Assembly (NCBI GenBank): GCA_025451045.1
Contig: JANWLD010000001.1
Coordinates: forward strand, 133,812 to 197,811
Direction of reading: 5' to 3'
From: Candidatus Saccharimonadales bacterium
Lineage (GTDB): Bacteria; Patescibacteriota; Saccharimonadia; Saccharimonadales; 2-12-FULL-41-12
DNA length: 64,000 nucleotides
The notes under the pieces were generated by a model. It worked only from the letters and a program-made list of their open reading frames with translations, did not search any database and was not told the origin of the DNA. Numbering within the stretch: the first letter of the stretch is position 1; each line of letters starts with the position of its first letter. A program made the position numbers and the translations under genes. Below, piece after piece: positions 48,474-58,098 of this stretch.

Positions 48474-49508
48474 ATGATAAATGTAGACAAGTCGCCTAAA
48501 CCATTTTTTGTTTTGGCGCCGATGTATGATGTTACGGATACGGTCTTCCGCCAAATTATTTCCGATATTGCTCCGCCGGATTTGAGCATGAGCGAATTTG
48601 TCAACGTCGACGGCTTGGCTAGCGTTGGCCGGGACAAGCTACTGCCAAAAATAGTGTTCAACTCCTCTGAAACCCCAATAATCTATCAGTTCTGGGGCAA
48701 AAAACCAGAGAATTATAAAAAAATTATCGAACAAGTTTTTGACTATTCACTAATAAACTCCGCAAATGTCTTAGCCGGCCAGAAGAAGCTTGGCAAGGCC
48801 GGAAGGGAAAAAATCATAGGTATTGATATCAACATGGGCTGTCCGGACAAAGCGGTAGTTAAAAACGGCTGTTGTAGCGCTTTAATCAAAGACCATGCGC
48901 TAGCGGACGATATCATCGAAGCTGCCAGACAAGGCATTGCCGGTCGTGGTACATTAAGCGTGAAGACCCGCATTGGCTTTTCTGAGTTTAATCAAGATTG
49001 GATACGGTTTTTGTTATCAAAGAAACTTAACATGTTAAGTATTCATTTACGGACAGTCAAAGAGATGTCTAAAGTACCGGCTCATTTTGAACTTTTACCT
49101 GAGATTATAAAACTGCGTGATGAAATATCGCCTGAAACTTTGCTGGTGGCAAATGGAGATATTAAAAGCAGACAGCAAGCCATTGAATTACATAAACGCT
49201 ACAAGATAGACGGGGCGATGATTGGCACCGGGGTTTTTAGCAATCCATTCGCCTTTTCTGAAAATAATTCGTGGGATAGCTTTACTCCTTTAAATAAGAT
49301 AGAGCTGTATGAAAAACACGTGCGTTTGTTCAAATCAACTTGGAAAAAGAATGAGCGGCCTATTGTTACGCTGAATAAATTCTGTAAAATCTATATAAAC
49401 GGCTTCGATGGCGCGAAAGAACTGCGTGAGATTCTCATGCAAGCGAAAAGTGCCGATGATCTGGAAGGTAAACTTAACATGTTAAGCAAGGAATATACAA
49501 CAAGATGA
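48474..49508 (+). CDS. tRNA-dihydrouridine synthase family protein
   Basis: LAPM, IDINMGCP, SVKTRIG and ANGDI motifs. Confidence 0.93.
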   Translation: MINVDKSPKPFFVLAPMYDVTDTVFRQIISDIAPPDLSMSEFVNVDGLASVGRDKLLPKIVFNSSETPIIYQFWGKKPENYKKIIEQVFDYSLINSANVLAGQKKLGKAGREKIIGIDINMGCPDKAVVKNGCCSALIKDHALADDIIEAARQGIAGRGTLSVKTRIGFSEFNQDWIRFLLSKKLNMLSIHLRTVKEMSKVPAHFELLPEIIKLRDEISPETLLVANGDIKSRQQAIELHKRYKIDGAMIGTGVFSNPFAFSENNSWDSFTPLNKIELYEKHVRLFKSTWKKNERPIVTLNKFCKIYINGFDGAKELREILMQAKSADDLEGKLNMLSKEYTTR

Positions 49509-50119
49509 ATGATATCGAAGCTTTTAAGGCCGCAATTCTAAGTAGTGGTATTTTGGATAAAGAGGGCACTCATCATGTCTTCAGCCAAGGCTTACATGGC
49601 CGGAAGATAGATTTCGACCTGATTGATGACGGCAGCAGCCTATTCCGGCAATGGGTAAGTCTTACCGCCGATTTTATCAAGGTTAACTACGCGCCAATGC
49701 CGGAAATATTGATAGGGGTGGCTAATGGGACGAACCGGTTGGCTTTGGCTGTCGCTGAAAAGCTAGGCTTAAAAGGCCTTACTACCATAAAGCCGGAAGG
49801 CTCTCGTAATCAACCGATACTTACCGAAGAGTCCAAAAAAGTTCTACAGGATATAAAGCCCGATTTTCTGGTAATTCTGGAAGACGTGGGTACTACAGGT
49901 ACGAATTCGTCGTCAGTATCAAAGTCAGTTCGCGAACTGGGGATAAAGAATTTTGAAGTTATAAATACATGGCAGAGAAGTGAGAACCTGAGGCTCTTGG
50001 ATGAGACGAGAGTACCTTATAAAGCCGTAATCAAAGAAGTACTAGTTAGCTATAAGCCGGAAGAATGCGATTACTGCAAAAAAGGCTGGGAACTCCTCGG
50101 CCACGGCCAAACCAAGTAG
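49505..50119 (+). CDS. Type I phosphoribosyltransferase (PyrE-like)
   Basis: VILEDVGTTG PRPP-binding motif; C-terminal CDYC. Confidence 0.8.
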   Translation: MNDIEAFKAAILSSGILDKEGTHHVFSQGLHGRKIDFDLIDDGSSLFRQWVSLTADFIKVNYAPMPEILIGVANGTNRLALAVAEKLGLKGLTTIKPEGSRNQPILTEESKKVLQDIKPDFLVILEDVGTTGTNSSSVSKSVRELGIKNFEVINTWQRSENLRLLDETRVPYKAVIKEVLVSYKPEECDYCKKGWELLGHGQTK

Positions 50120-50137
50120 TCTTTAAATAATTTCTTT

Positions 50138-50213
50138 TGGTGGGGGTGGATGGAATCGAACCATCTACCAATCGGTTATGAGCCGACTGCTCTAACCGGT
50201 GAGCTACACCCCC
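50138..50213 (-). tRNA. tRNA with CAT anticodon, probably tRNA-Ile2 (lysidine type) rather than elongator Met
   Basis: Cloverleaf GGGGGTG/CACCCCC, anticodon loop CTCATAA, TTCGA, encoded CCA. The body resembles Ile2 tRNAs. Confidence 0.93.
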
Positions 50214-50265
50214 TAGAGCTTTGTAACAGATTGAGTATAGCAGATTGCTATAATATTAAGTAGCG

Positions 50266-50718
50266 ATGCTACCGAAAATAAACAATGCGGATTTACAGAA
50301 GAAAATCAAACGGTTTTCTGATATACGAGTTATCGGACTGGTTGCCTTTGCTATAGTGGTCCTGCTGGTTTCGTGGAGTATCTTAAATGTCCTTCAGCTC
50401 AACTACCAGCTGGAAAGGCAAAAGGCCGACTTAGTACAAAAAAATCGTCTTGCTAAACTGGAAAACCAAAACCTTAATTTGCAGAATGTATATTTCCAGT
50501 CAGATGAATATCTGGAGCTAAGCGCCCGCAGCCAGCTGAACAAAGCCGCTCCCGGTGAAAAGCTGTATCAGATACCAAAAAGCGTTGCAATGGATCACAC
50601 TGTTGATTTAGCGAAGACCGAAAAGCAGATAAAAGGGGAGCAAGAACAGGATAAATCAAAATTAGTACGTAACTTAGAAAGTTGGCGTGATTTTTTCTTG
50701 CATGCTCAAAGTGATTAG
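50266..50718 (+). CDS. Septum formation initiator (FtsB/DivIC-like)
   Basis: TM, coiled coil and ELSARSQLNKAAPGE. Confidence 0.8.
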   Translation: MLPKINNADLQKKIKRFSDIRVIGLVAFAIVVLLVSWSILNVLQLNYQLERQKADLVQKNRLAKLENQNLNLQNVYFQSDEYLELSARSQLNKAAPGEKLYQIPKSVAMDHTVDLAKTEKQIKGEQEQDKSKLVRNLESWRDFFLHAQSD

Positions 50719-50728
50719 TTTAAGCTAA

Positions 50729-50890
50729 TCAATCACCAGTATCTACGCCGATAGCATCCAGTTCTTGCTGGTACCAGTCCGCGCTTCCTGTTTCAGCGCC
50801 ATATACAGCGGTAGTGCCCAAGTCTTCCACTGTTATACTGGATGACTGTTCACCATTACCAGGTTCAAATTCTGCGCTAAATTCATCCAT
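50729..50890 (-). CDS. Putative 53-aa acidic small protein
   Basis: ATG preceded by AAAGGA; fills the gap after the ftsB-like gene; upstream extended -10. Confidence 0.55.
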   Translation of the reverse strand: MDEFSAEFEPGNGEQSSSITVEDLGTTAVYGAETGSADWYQQELDAIGVDTGD

Positions 50891-50997
50891 AATTTTTCCT
50901 TTACACAATCAAAACTCGGATTGCATGACCATTTTCGGAATGCGAATCTATATCTTCCGACGGGTTTTTCATTAATTGCTTCCTTTGTTTTTTGTGA

Positions 50998-51017
50998 GGT
51001 TAATTTACAAATTAACC
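50998..51017. promoter_or_regulatory. Perfect 9-2-9 palindrome (candidate operator)
   Basis: GGTTAATTT-AC-AAATTAACC, overlapping a minus-strand TGnTATGGT. Confidence 0.55.
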
Positions 51018-51126
51018 ATAACAATAATTTTGACCTAAAATCCAATAAATCGCCGATTTAATTAAAAAGATTGTTGTAAAAGCTACTGCTTAACTCATTC
51101 ATGATATAAAAGAGTACAATAAGTTT

Positions 51127-51942
51127 ATGATTTCTGATTTACCATCACGCCAAGCTGACGGGCACAAAGGAACATTCGGAACCGTCGCAATTTTTGGCGG
51201 TGATATTTCTGCTGATGAAGTTATGCTGGGCGGCCCGGCTTTCGCGGCTGAAGCCGCCCTGCGTACCGGAGCCGGCTTGGTTGCCTTTGTTGGCAAGAGG
51301 GAAGTGTTGGTAGAGTTAATAAAATTAGTGCCGCAGGCTGTCGGAATAATCTCATCCGGCAATTTTGAAGATTCATCTAAAAAGTGGACATCTGTCGTTA
51401 TAGGCCCAGGCTTAGGCGTTAATAATCAAAATATTAAACTTATTAATTCACTTTTAAGCTTAAAACTGCCAACAGTTATAGATGCTGACGGACTAAATAC
51501 ACTAGCCGAAAACCCTAATATTTCTAATAGTATCCATAAGGGGTGCGTACTAACGCCGCATGCCAAAGAATTTGAGCGTCTAGCCAAAGCTTTTGTAGTA
51601 AAAGATGCTGATGAATTAGCAAAAAAACTTGGTTGCGTCGTAGTTCTAAAAGACAGCATTACTTATGTGTCTGACAGTACAAAAAAGTGGTCTAACAAAT
51701 TAAAAAACCCAGCCCTGGCTACCGGCGGTACCGGCGACATACTGGCAGGTTTAATTGGCGGTCTGTTGGCGCAATACGCACCTAAAACACTATCGGTTTT
51801 TGACTGCGCGCGCTTAGCCGTAGAGATTCATGCTGAAGCCGGAAAAGAGTGGAAGAATCAGCACGGTTCAGGAGGCCTTATAATAGAAGAACTTTTAGCT
51901 CTGATACCCAAAGTTATGGAAAAAATGAGACGATCTCAGTAG
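51127..51942 (+). CDS. nnrD: ADP-dependent NAD(P)HX dehydratase
   Basis: HKGTFG, IGPGLG, IDADGL, LTPHAKEF and GGTGDILAG motifs. Confidence 0.92.
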   Translation: MISDLPSRQADGHKGTFGTVAIFGGDISADEVMLGGPAFAAEAALRTGAGLVAFVGKREVLVELIKLVPQAVGIISSGNFEDSSKKWTSVVIGPGLGVNNQNIKLINSLLSLKLPTVIDADGLNTLAENPNISNSIHKGCVLTPHAKEFERLAKAFVVKDADELAKKLGCVVVLKDSITYVSDSTKKWSNKLKNPALATGGTGDILAGLIGGLLAQYAPKTLSVFDCARLAVEIHAEAGKEWKNQHGSGGLIIEELLALIPKVMEKMRRSQ

Positions 51943-52730
51943 ATGTCACGCCGCCGGAAAGCCAGCCATGACAAAGCCGCGCACAATAAAATTATTCCTA
52001 CGAAAAACCATAGATTACTCCAATTGAACGTCTCTCTCAATATTGCCTCAGACTGATAATAATGAAAAGGAAAGACTTTAGCCGGGAACTTTAGCCAGTC
52101 TACCGTGCCTGCCAACGAGCTTATCAAATATCCTCCAAAGGCCATGAACGTCGCGATGCCGATGCTGGCGCCCCTTGTCCTGCCGATTGAGGAGAGTAAA
52201 AAGGCAATCGCGCTGAAACTAAGAACCAATAAGAAACACGCAAAAGTAACAAGTACTATCAATTTCGCAGCTACATCTAAATCAACAATCAAGGCGGTAA
52301 GTATCGTAGTTAGCAGTCCTATACAAGTAACCGCGCCCAAAATAATAGTTCCAGCACTAGCCTTTGCCAACAACAATCTGGTTCTTGATATCGGCCGGGA
52401 AAGCAGTGATTCTATGGTAAGCTCCTGTTCTTCTTTGCCTATCAGGCTGCTACCCAAGCTGATTGCCAAAATTCCTAAAATCAGCGGAAGCGATAAGAAG
52501 AATATCTGGCTGTTGAGGAATCCTATAGCCGAAAAAAAATCCGTACTGCCGCCTAACAGTTGCAGAGCCGCATCCGGTATATTATCAAAGCTTTTTTGCA
52601 ATTGCTCGGCTTGGTCTTTGAAAGAAGGATAAAACACCATATTTATGAATATCATTGCCACCACGCCGATGGACCACCACATGGTGCTCCATCGCCTTTG
52701 CCAAAGGGTCCATTTGATAACTGGTATCAT
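51936..52730 (-). CDS. ABC-2 type permease
   Basis: EEQELTIESLLSRPISR and PFHYY motifs; six TMs. Confidence 0.88.
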   Translation of the reverse strand: MIPVIKWTLWQRRWSTMWWSIGVVAMIFINMVFYPSFKDQAEQLQKSFDNIPDAALQLLGGSTDFFSAIGFLNSQIFFLSLPLILGILAISLGSSLIGKEEQELTIESLLSRPISRTRLLLAKASAGTIILGAVTCIGLLTTILTALIVDLDVAAKLIVLVTFACFLLVLSFSAIAFLLSSIGRTRGASIGIATFMAFGGYLISSLAGTVDWLKFPAKVFPFHYYQSEAILRETFNWSNLWFFVGIILLCAALSWLAFRRRDIY

Positions 52731-53647
52731 CGTCTTTCTCCCTTGCCTTCATAGAAGCGAAGGAACACTTCTTCCAAGTCTAAGGTTCTAGTGTCGATTC
52801 CTGTTATATTATTCTTGCTGAGCAGGGTAAAGAGCGGAGCAAGCTTGCCGTGGATATGAATGGTAACGCGGTTTTGATTGTGGCTGGTAACTTTCAGGCC
52901 TTTGATTTTCTTTAGCTCCGTCAACGGGATTTTATCCGCGAAAGTTATGTCAAAAGTCTGGGCGGCTTCAGATGCCATTTCGGCAATGCTTCGTTCTACA
53001 ATCAGTTTCCCTTCTCTTATTATCCCGACACGGTCGCACATCTTCTGAACTTCGCTTAATATATGGCTGCTTGCGAAAACTACGACACCGCGTTGTTTAG
53101 CTTCTTTCATAAGGCCATAAAATTCCTCTTGTATTAAGGGGTCGAACCCACTGGTAGGCTCGTCCAATATCAGGACTTCCGGTTCATGCATCAGGGCTTG
53201 GATTAATCCGATTTTCTGTCTATTCCCCCGGGAAAGCTCGCCCAAGGGTTTGCTAAACTCAGCTTTAAGGCGTTTTCCCAGTTTTTTCTCGTAGCCCTTG
53301 CTTTTAAGAGGCTGCAATTCGCTCATATATCCAAGGTACTGTTTGCCAGTCATCTTTTCATAAACAGAAAAATCACCGGATAGGTACCCGACATGCCGCT
53401 TAAGAGTTGTTGCGTCTTCCACTATGTCATAGCCAAGTATGGTGGCTGTGCCGCCGCTGGGCCCAATGAAGTTCATCAGTGTTCGTATGGTAGTGGATTT
53501 GCCGGCCCCATTTGGCCCCAAAAACCCATAAACTTCGCCGGGTTTTACTTCAAGCGATAGGTCATCAAGCGCCAGTTGCTCAGATTTTCCATACCTTTTG
53601 CTCAGCTTTTTGATAACTAAGCCGGAATCACGGTCTTTATTCGGCAT
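52727..53647 (-). CDS. ABC transporter ATP-binding protein
   Basis: GPNGAGKST, LSRGN and LDEPTSG motifs. Confidence 0.95.
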   Translation of the reverse strand: MPNKDRDSGLVIKKLSKRYGKSEQLALDDLSLEVKPGEVYGFLGPNGAGKSTTIRTLMNFIGPSGGTATILGYDIVEDATTLKRHVGYLSGDFSVYEKMTGKQYLGYMSELQPLKSKGYEKKLGKRLKAEFSKPLGELSRGNRQKIGLIQALMHEPEVLILDEPTSGFDPLIQEEFYGLMKEAKQRGVVVFASSHILSEVQKMCDRVGIIREGKLIVERSIAEMASEAAQTFDITFADKIPLTELKKIKGLKVTSHNQNRVTIHIHGKLAPLFTLLSKNNITGIDTRTLDLEEVFLRFYEGKGERR

Positions 53648-53661
53648 ATCTATATCTTATT

Positions 53662-54105
53662 TTACTCTCCGTGATATTTATGGGCAATGGCGTGGCCTTT
53701 GCCGCGGGCTATCAAAAAACGATTGAAGGGGAAAGCTACAATGAATGCCACGACCAAAGACAAACCGAGGCTTAGCCAAAACAGTACCGTGTCCAATCCG
53801 GCAGCTAAAGCTCCCGGAACCAGCGCGATAAAACCATTGTCAGTGATTTCCATCACAAGGATAGATATAGTATCGGCGGCTAAGGCTATCTTCAACGCTT
53901 TTTTCAACCCCAAACCATGGCTGATAAGAGGTTTCATACTAAGCGAGTATCCAAAAACAAAAGCCAGCAATATTGAAATAGTTATACTGCCCGTGGCTGA
54001 CCAGCCAAGAGCGGCAGATACCACCATGCCGATAATTTCGCCAATAGCACAACCGGTCAGGCAGTGAAGGGTAGCACTGGCGGCAGTCCGATCTAGGTTA
54101 TCCAT
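53662..54105 (-). CDS. DUF4396-like membrane protein
   Basis: TLHCLTGCAIGE, DTISILVME and GKGHA motifs. Confidence 0.8.
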   Translation of the reverse strand: MDNLDRTAASATLHCLTGCAIGEIIGMVVSAALGWSATGSITISILLAFVFGYSLSMKPLISHGLGLKKALKIALAADTISILVMEITDNGFIALVPGALAAGLDTVLFWLSLGLSLVVAFIVAFPFNRFLIARGKGHAIAHKYHGE

Positions 54106-54156
54106 AAAGCTATATTAAACCCTCATAACGGTAATTAATAACAAGAAGAAGTCGGG

Positions 54157-54882
54157 CTATGCGAAACGGGTAACTATAAACATAAAAATTACACCTAAAA
54201 TCGTCAAACCGGTCGCCTTATAGCTGGAATGTTTGCTATGTGCCTCCGGCAAAAGGTTGCTAGCACTGATATATAGTATAAAACCGGCGAAAAAACCTAG
54301 ATATATCGCAAGGGCGGTTTCTGATAATACAAAAGCTAAACTAAGTAAACCGCCGGCGATTGGCATAAGGACAACAACTGCCAGCCACTTTTTGATGTGT
54401 GTCAGCTTATTTTGGTTAAATAGCATAAAAGTTGTCGTATCGAAGCCATCGGCAAAACGGTGCCCGATAACAGCAATTGCTACCGCTGTTCCGACGGCCG
54501 CAGATACTTGAAAAGCTACACCGATACTGAGTCCGTCTAAAAAACTATGCCCACTAAGAGCCACCGCCCGGGCTACTCCTAATTTAGGGTGGCGATGCGG
54601 GCTGTATTGTTGTTCGCTTGCTTCGTGCAATGGGATAAACTTCTCAAACAGATGAAAAAGCAAAAACCCGGAAGCCATAGCCACCATCGGCCATACCGGG
54701 TCTAAGCCTTGCGATTGGGCAATTTCAAAGATTTCCGGCAGAAGGTCAAATATTACTAACCCCAAAACCAGTCCGGAAGTTAACGCCAACATTAAATTCA
54801 GCCATCGTTGGCTACGAATTGCCGTATATCCGCCAAGTAAAGCTGCTACCGATGCCGCTATCGTTAGAAGAAAAACAACCAT
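54157..54882 (-). CDS. ZIP family metal transporter
   Basis: HSFLDG, HRFADG and LLPEAH motifs. Confidence 0.9.
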   Translation of the reverse strand: MVVFLLTIAASVAALLGGYTAIRSQRWLNLMLALTSGLVLGLVIFDLLPEIFEIAQSQGLDPVWPMVAMASGFLLFHLFEKFIPLHEASEQQYSPHRHPKLGVARAVALSGHSFLDGLSIGVAFQVSAAVGTAVAIAVIGHRFADGFDTTTFMLFNQNKLTHIKKWLAVVVLMPIAGGLLSLAFVLSETALAIYLGFFAGFILYISASNLLPEAHSKHSSYKATGLTILGVIFMFIVTRFA

Positions 54883-54912
54883 AAATTGATTCTACATCGG
54901 CCCGCTGCATAT

Positions 54913-54947
54913 TTGCAAATTTGTTGCAATAATGATAAATTTTGCAA
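54913..54947. promoter_or_regulatory. Candidate Fur-family (Zur-like) operator
   Basis: TTGCAA-N5-TTGCAA plus a third TTGCAA between the divergent ZIP and Fur genes. Confidence 0.6.
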
Positions 54948-54948
54948 T

Positions 54949-55362
54949 ATGGACAGCGAAACCAAGCTGAAAAAACTGCTCAAAGATAAAGGCTACAGTA
55001 TTACCAAGCCAAGACTGATTGTTTTTAGTTTTCTGCAGAACATGGACGGGCCGGTTTCTGTGGCCGAACTGGCCAAATCGTTACAAGATATCGACAAAGT
55101 CAGTATTTATCGCACCATAGATTTGTTTGAATCCGCAGGGATAATCCATCGGGTTTGGACAGGCTTTAAAAGCAGAGTAGAACTTAGCGAAGAATTTTCA
55201 GAACACCATCACCACTTTACCTGTGTGAATTGCGGCAAGATAATTTCATTTGACAGCGCGGCATTGGAAAAAAGTCTAACGAGCCTTGAAAAAAGCAAGG
55301 GACTTGAACTTACCCATCACTCGGTAGAGCTAACCGGCTACTGCCAGGCCTGCAGAGGCTAA
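54949..55362 (+). CDS. Fur family metalloregulator (Zur-like)
   Basis: SIYRTI, HHHHFTCVNCG and GYCQAC motifs; start set at ATG 54949. Confidence 0.92.
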   Translation: MDSETKLKKLLKDKGYSITKPRLIVFSFLQNMDGPVSVAELAKSLQDIDKVSIYRTIDLFESAGIIHRVWTGFKSRVELSEEFSEHHHHFTCVNCGKIISFDSAALEKSLTSLEKSKGLELTHHSVELTGYCQACRG

Positions 55363-56546
55363 TTGTCTTCTTTTTGTTTATAAAATTGAGCCGTCGGGGA
55401 ATCTTCACCCCTCATGGTAATAATTGTGCTGTTTCCGTTCTTTAGATTTTTGCTTATGTGAAAAAACTTGGCGGCCTGGTTCTTATAAGGTCGGTAATCC
55501 AGCCAGGGCGTATGTGTCATGCCAGCACTCGATACGTTTGCGGCTAGGTTATCAATATCTGGCTGGCCTCCTACATAAGCGGCACCAACCATCCGGCCCA
55601 AAGCGTTGCAGACTTCTTCTTGGCTTGCTAAATCCAAATTATCCTCAGCCGCGGCATTAAACGTAGCTATGTAATCCTGCATGGATTTTTCTTCAGGCCT
55701 GTGTCCTGGCACCGTTTCTGCGTTATCAACTTCGACTATGGATTGGCATATCTCGGTCGCGATAATCCAGGGGATAAAAGGGTTGTTACCTGATCCGCTG
55801 TCCTTTATAAAACTTAAAGTAAGGTTAGGGTCGCGCCACGAAGTAACGCCATCGCTTCTGGGCAGCTCCTTCCTCAAATATTCTGGGATTGACTTTGTCA
55901 TTATCATGACGTGCGGAACACGGCGCGGCTGTACATTAGCCGTGGTATGGCCGCCGATTGTAAATTCTTCGTCCCCTTGTCCGGCCAGCCAGGACTTTGT
56001 AGCCTTAATTGCATAATTAACAAAAAGTAAATCTACAGGATTTTCCGTAGCGTTGAACATAGCAAACGGATACTTATAAAGATATTGTTTGAACTCCGGC
56101 TTGAAAAGTTTCTGATCCTGCATGTATATTACTTCGCTAAGGCGGGGAGTTGGGGAAGGTTTATCGCTGTCAGGGTCAGAAAAGTAATCACGAAAAACCT
56201 TGCGGGACGAGGCAGCTGGTTTTAGTACTCCGGTCGTATGTCCCTGCGACATGTATTCCGAGTACATGCTTTCTTTGACGTCTTCTACGGTTGGGCTTGT
56301 GTCGTCGATTTCTCCTATTGGAGCGTAATTCTCTTTGCCAATCTGCGCGCCGCCTGATAGAGGAGTAGTATTATCTTCGAAGGCGTCTTTTACTCCTCGC
56401 AAGCCTACCACGGCTAATGCGGCAACGCTCAAGCCTAGTGCCGCTGTTGCGCTAACCCGTTTAATAAGAGAATATTGAGCCTGTCTTTGCTCCGCCTGCT
56501 CTTGCTCTGAAGGGGGGCTAGGCGACTCAAACCTAGCTTGTTCCAT
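55359..56546 (-). CDS. Hypothetical single-pass membrane protein
   Basis: Long ORF with a TM near the N-terminus; ATG 7 nt after TGnTAAAGT. Confidence 0.7.
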   Translation of the reverse strand: MEQARFESPSPPSEQEQAEQRQAQYSLIKRVSATAALGLSVAALAVVGLRGVKDAFEDNTTPLSGGAQIGKENYAPIGEIDDTSPTVEDVKESMYSEYMSQGHTTGVLKPAASSRKVFRDYFSDPDSDKPSPTPRLSEVIYMQDQKLFKPEFKQYLYKYPFAMFNATENPVDLLFVNYAIKATKSWLAGQGDEEFTIGGHTTANVQPRRVPHVMIMTKSIPEYLRKELPRSDGVTSWRDPNLTLSFIKDSGSGNNPFIPWIIATEICQSIVEVDNAETVPGHRPEEKSMQDYIATFNAAAEDNLDLASQEEVCNALGRMVGAAYVGGQPDIDNLAANVSSAGMTHTPWLDYRPYKNQAAKFFHISKNLKNGNSTIITMRGEDSPTAQFYKQKEDN

Positions 56547-56606
56547 GTGGATAACTTTAACATTTACAGTAGTTTTTGTCAAACTAGGGACAATAAAGGG
56601 TGTGCG

Positions 56607-56635
56607 TTGACTTTTTCACCCCTGTTTGGTAGTAT
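56607..56635 (+). promoter_or_regulatory. Promoter for the initiator tRNA
   Basis: TTGACT-17-TAGTAT. Confidence 0.6.
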
Positions 56636-56658
56636 AAATATTCGCTAAGCGAAATTGA

Positions 56659-56733
56659 CGCGGGGTGGAGCAGCGGCAGCTCGTGTGGCTCATAACCACA
56701 AGGTCGCAGGTTCGAGTCCTGCCCCCGCTACCA
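56659..56733 (+). tRNA. Initiator tRNA-fMet (CAT)
   Basis: CGCGGGG start with a C1:U72 mismatch, A11-U24 D-stem, CTCATAA loop, encoded CCA. Confidence 0.95.
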
Positions 56734-56747
56734 AGTATAAACATTTT

Positions 56748-56776
56748 ACAAAGGGGTCATTTGACCTCTTTTTGTT
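56748..56776 (+). terminator. Intrinsic terminator after the tRNA
   Basis: AAAGGGGTCA / TGACCTCTTT stem followed by a T-tract. Confidence 0.75.
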
Positions 56777-56801
56777 ATGATGGAGTTAGCTAGGGAATAC
56801 T

Positions 56802-57593
56802 ATGAAAAAACTTGAAGAATTATTAAGCCTAAAGAATAAAGCCGCAATCGTAACAGGCGGTGCTAAAGGCATAGGCTACGGAATTGCTTACCGACTGGCT
56901 GAAGCCGGGGCCAAAGTCCTAATTGCGGACATGGATGAAGAAACTGCTAGCAAAACTGCCAAAGAACTAGCCGATAAAGGCTGGATAGCCGAAGCGTTTA
57001 AAGTTGACGTATCTCACGAAGAAAATGTAAAAGCCATGATTTCTGCTTGCAAGGATAAATTTGGCGCAGTAGATATTTTAGTAAATAATGCCGGTATTTA
57101 TCCTCCTGCTCCAGTTGCCCAGATGACACAGGAACAATTTGAAAGAGTTATGGATGTGAACCTTCGCAGTGTATTCTTAACCACTAAATATGCGGCAGAA
57201 GTAATGAAGCCAAAGGGCGATGGCAGGATTATAAATATTACTTCAATTGATGCACTGCACCCATCAATGGTCGGACTTGCCCACTATGATGCATCCAAGC
57301 ACGGTATGTGGGGCTTTACCAAGAATTCAGCATTAGAGCTTGCCGAACATAATATTTGGGTCAATGCTATTGCTCCGGGCGGTATTGCTACCCCAGGAGT
57401 CGCAGCTATGAGCCAAGGTGCTTCAGCGGAGCAAATGGCAGTCTCAACTAAAACATTCATGGCTAAAATACCCATGCATCGTATGGGCGAGCCTGATGAA
57501 ATAGGTATGGTAGCCCTGTTTTTGGCATCAGACATGTCCTCATACATGACCGGCAGCCAGATTGTGGTTGATGGCGGGGCATTACTGTCTTAA
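56802..57593 (+). CDS. SDR family oxidoreductase (FabG/KduD-like)
   Basis: TGGAKGIG, VNNAG, YDASK and VDGG motifs. Confidence 0.93.
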   Translation: MKKLEELLSLKNKAAIVTGGAKGIGYGIAYRLAEAGAKVLIADMDEETASKTAKELADKGWIAEAFKVDVSHEENVKAMISACKDKFGAVDILVNNAGIYPPAPVAQMTQEQFERVMDVNLRSVFLTTKYAAEVMKPKGDGRIINITSIDALHPSMVGLAHYDASKHGMWGFTKNSALELAEHNIWVNAIAPGGIATPGVAAMSQGASAEQMAVSTKTFMAKIPMHRMGEPDEIGMVALFLASDMSSYMTGSQIVVDGGALLS

Positions 57594-57677
57594 GTTCCAC
57601 TCCTACGCACCCTTCTCTCTTTATAGATACTATAATAGGGGGTATACTGTAAGATGAATGACCAAGGAGGAGCATAC

Positions 57678-58097
57678 ATGCGAGGGCCGATAGATTACAT
57701 TATTGTAGGATTTGAAGGAAATAAGTTTGATGGCAGCATCCTGCGTGCCCTTGAGGAAGCCATTGACAAGGGCATTATCAGCTTAATTGCCCTCTCAGTT
57801 ATACAAAAAGATAGCAAAGGCACAATAAGCACACTGGATATTGCCAACGTAGGTGATGAGTACGTCGTAGAGTTTAATGAAAAGTACAAGCCGGATAATA
57901 AAAATATCTCCAGCGAAGACATGGATGAAGTAGCGGAGTTGATTGAAAACAATACCAGTGCGGGACTATTAATTATTGAGCAAACATGGGCCAAGCCGCT
58001 TAAAAAAGCATTGATTGATGCGAACGGTGTCTTAGTAGCTGAAGGACGAATCCATCCAGACGCTGCTGCTGAGTTAAACGAAGAAAAGGGGAAGTAG
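57678..58097 (+). CDS. DUF6325/DUF1269-like protein
   Basis: GPIDYIIVGF-G, EQTWA and GRI motifs; AAGGAGG SD before ATG 57678. Confidence 0.75.
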   Translation: MRGPIDYIIVGFEGNKFDGSILRALEEAIDKGIISLIALSVIQKDSKGTISTLDIANVGDEYVVEFNEKYKPDNKNISSEDMDEVAELIENNTSAGLLIIEQTWAKPLKKALIDANGVLVAEGRIHPDAAAELNEEKGK

Positions 58098-58098
58098 A

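Noticed and set aside
50900..50990. c-di-GMP-I riboswitch (AAACCCGTCGGAAGA on the minus strand)
   Set aside because: P2 does not pair, and the GGCAAA and GACGCAAAGC elements are absent.
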